Assembly (NCBI GenBank): GCA_965222045.1
Contig: OZ244930.1
Coordinates: 2,684,329 to 2,748,328, forward strand
Source: Phycisphaerales bacterium
Lineage (GTDB): Bacteria; Planctomycetota; Phycisphaerae; Phycisphaerales; UBA1924
Reading direction: 5' to 3'
DNA length: 64,000 nucleotides
In this document: one piece after another, positions 62,346 to 64,000 of the stretch
How the letters are laid out: every line of letters starts with the position of its first letter
Position numbering within the stretch: position 1 is the first letter of the stretch
Program-made: the position numbers and the translations under genes
The notes under the pieces: generated by a model
Database searches by the model: none
What the model was told of the DNA's origin: nothing
The model's input: only the letters and a program-made list of their open reading frames with translations

Positions 62346-64000
62346 ATGTCACTCAATGACACCATTAACTCTATCAACGGTGTACTCTTCTCGGATTACA
62401 CCGTGTACGCACTGCTCGCGACAGGGCTCGTCTTCACAATCTGGTCAGGATTCGGGCAGTACCGAGCACTGACACACGGCGTCTCCGTCGTGCGTGGAAA
62501 GTATGACGATCACGATGATCCGGGCGCGATCAACCACTTTCAGGCACTCTCAGCGGCACTCTCAGCGACCGTGGGGCTCGGCAATATTGCTGGCGTCGCG
62601 ATCGCGGTGGCATTGGGTGGCCCGGGCGCGATCTTCTGGATGTGGGTGATCGGCCTGCTGGGCATGTCGCTGAAAATGACGGAAGTCACCCAGTCGATGC
62701 TGTTCCGCAACACGGATGATCCCGAAAACCCGCACGGCGGGCCGATGTTTGTTGTGAAAAAGGGCTTCGCGGAGTGGGGGCTGGCACCGATCGGCACCAT
62801 CATCGGCGGCATCTTCGTGGTCACGCTCATCATCTCAGCCGTCACCGGTGGCAACATGTTCCAGGCCTGGAACGTGGCGGATATCACCAACACCTACTTC
62901 CAGATCCCGCAAGTCGTGACCGGGATCATTCTCACGGTCGCCGTGGGCCTGGTCATCATCGGGGGTATCAAGCGCATCGGCGCGGTCGCGGGCCGCATCG
63001 TTCCGATCATGTGTGCGTTGTATGTCATCGCAGCGTTGGTCGTGCTCGCCGCGAACATCGGTGACGTCCCTGCGATGCTCGCACTCATCGTGAAGGCCGG
63101 TCTGGGAATCGATTCACCGCCGCCGGTCGGCGCGTTCCTGGGCGGTACGTTCGTCTACGCGATGATGTGGGGGGTCAAGCGGGCACTCTTCTCCTCCGAA
63201 GCAGGGCAGGGTTCTTCGCCGATCGCTCACTCTGCTGCAAAGACCGATGAACCAGTCCGTGAGGGCATCGTGGCTGGGCTTGAGCCGTTCATTGATACGA
63301 TTGTTGTGTGCACGCTCACCGCACTCGTGATTCTCTCGACCGGTGCGTACAACCGTGCGCCAGAGACGAAGTTCGCGGATGCTTCCCAGATCCAGTTCGT
63401 GCAGGCAGTGGATGCAGACACGGGTGAGGTCCGGGAAGGATCTTGGACCATCGAGACACCGGTACTCCCGAAGTTGACGCAGGAGGCGCGTCGCATCCGC
63501 CAGACCCCTGAGAACCTCGCTGGATGGCGTGACGGCGAGTCCGTGTTCTTTGTCGTCGCCGCGGATATGGACACCAATACCGGGCGCGATCTACGAAAAA
63601 TCACAGGTACCGTCGGTCGCGATGAAGATGACAACTGGGTTGTGTCATGGAACTCGCTGGACTCTGACATCACACCGCATCTTCGCGAGAACGAGGACGG
63701 CACATTCGACCTCGGTATCTACGGTGATTATGCCGGCGCATCAATGACGGCGTACGCATTCGACCGTCAGTTCCCCGGCTTGGGCAAGTGGCTCGTGATG
63801 ATCGCTGCCTGGTTGTTCGCGATCTCGACGATGATCTCCTGGTCATACTACGGTGAGCAGGGCATCTACTACTTCTTCGGAACGCACGGCGAGGAAGCCG
63901 CGAAGCCCGCCGTTTTGATCTACAAGGTGATCTACTCGCTGCTGATCCTTCTCACCACGATCCTGGCCATGCCGCTGTTCGGCCCAGACAAGAAGGCGTT
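62346..64000 (+). CDS. alanine/glycine:cation symporter (AGCS family), 3' end beyond the window
   Basis: Hand-translated open frame from ATG 62346 to the window end: NHFQALSAALSATVGLGNIAGVAIAVALGGPGAIFWMW, FSSEAGQGSSPIAHSAA, STMISWSYYGEQG. Absent from the ORF track because it has no stop. Confidence 0.85.
   Translation, partial: MSLNDTINSINGVLFSDYTVYALLATGLVFTIWSGFGQYRALTHGVSVVRGKYDDHDDPGAINHFQALSAALSATVGLGNIAGVAIAVALGGPGAIFWMWVIGLLGMSLKMTEVTQSMLFRNTDDPENPHGGPMFVVKKGFAEWGLAPIGTIIGGIFVVTLIISAVTGGNMFQAWNVADITNTYFQIPQVVTGIILTVAVGLVIIGGIKRIGAVAGRIVPIMCALYVIAALVVLAANIGDVPAMLALIVKAGLGIDSPPPVGAFLGGTFVYAMMWGVKRALFSSEAGQGSSPIAHSAAKTDEPVREGIVAGLEPFIDTIVVCTLTALVILSTGAYNRAPETKFADASQIQFVQAVDADTGEVREGSWTIETPVLPKLTQEARRIRQTPENLAGWRDGESVFFVVAADMDTNTGRDLRKITGTVGRDEDDNWVVSWNSLDSDITPHLRENEDGTFDLGIYGDYAGASMTAYAFDRQFPGLGKWLVMIAAWLFAISTMISWSYYGEQGIYYFFGTHGEEAAKPAVLIYKVIYSLLILLTTILAMPLFGPDKKA

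Overview
This window is a densely coding, high-GC bacterial chromosome segment. It holds about 58 protein genes on both strands plus one tRNA. I found no rRNA, CRISPR, transposase, integrase, phage or recognisable defence genes.

Content is mostly core metabolism and maintenance: aspS, thiG, pyk, hppD, gcvH, smc, uvrB, hmgA, trpB, rpe, accD, lnt, tRNA-Asp, nadK, dxs, ispA, ptsN, rsmB and lpxB. There are also transporters (an MscS-like channel, an FtsX/ABC pair, a UMF1-type MFS, an RCK-gated cation/proton antiporter and an AGCS symporter), a histidine kinase/response regulator pair, and several HEAT, TPR and coiled-coil lipoproteins.

Four things suggest a Planctomycetota (Phycisphaerae-like) genome: a PEP-CTERM tail, a GC-type-dockerin-like tail, CxxC...CPECG membrane proteins, and biosynthetic genes scattered singly rather than in pathway operons. 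That placement is inference only.

I do not see a clear-cut multi-gene novel system; nothing looks like a defence, secretion, biosynthetic-cluster or mobile-element module. The signals most worth follow-up are:
1. A TAnnnT (-10-like) hexamer sits 5-7 nt upstream of the start codon of at least ten genes that lack a Shine-Dalgarno (SD) sequence. This implies widespread leaderless mRNAs.
2. Synonymous codon usage switches abruptly inside smc near 13,045, and a matching GC3-saturated tract covers 1-4.7 kb.
3. A REP-like double-hairpin repeat family with compensatory stem changes brackets aspS.
4. Two enzyme homologues are catalytically dead: a Hanks-type pseudokinase, and a histidine-phosphatase-fold protein that lacks four of its five core catalytic residues.
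5. Several uncharacterised membrane and coiled-coil gene pairs, and a giant beta-helix surface protein next to tRNA-Asp.

Start codons are my choices from the ORF track plus SD or -10 context. They are less certain than the stops.
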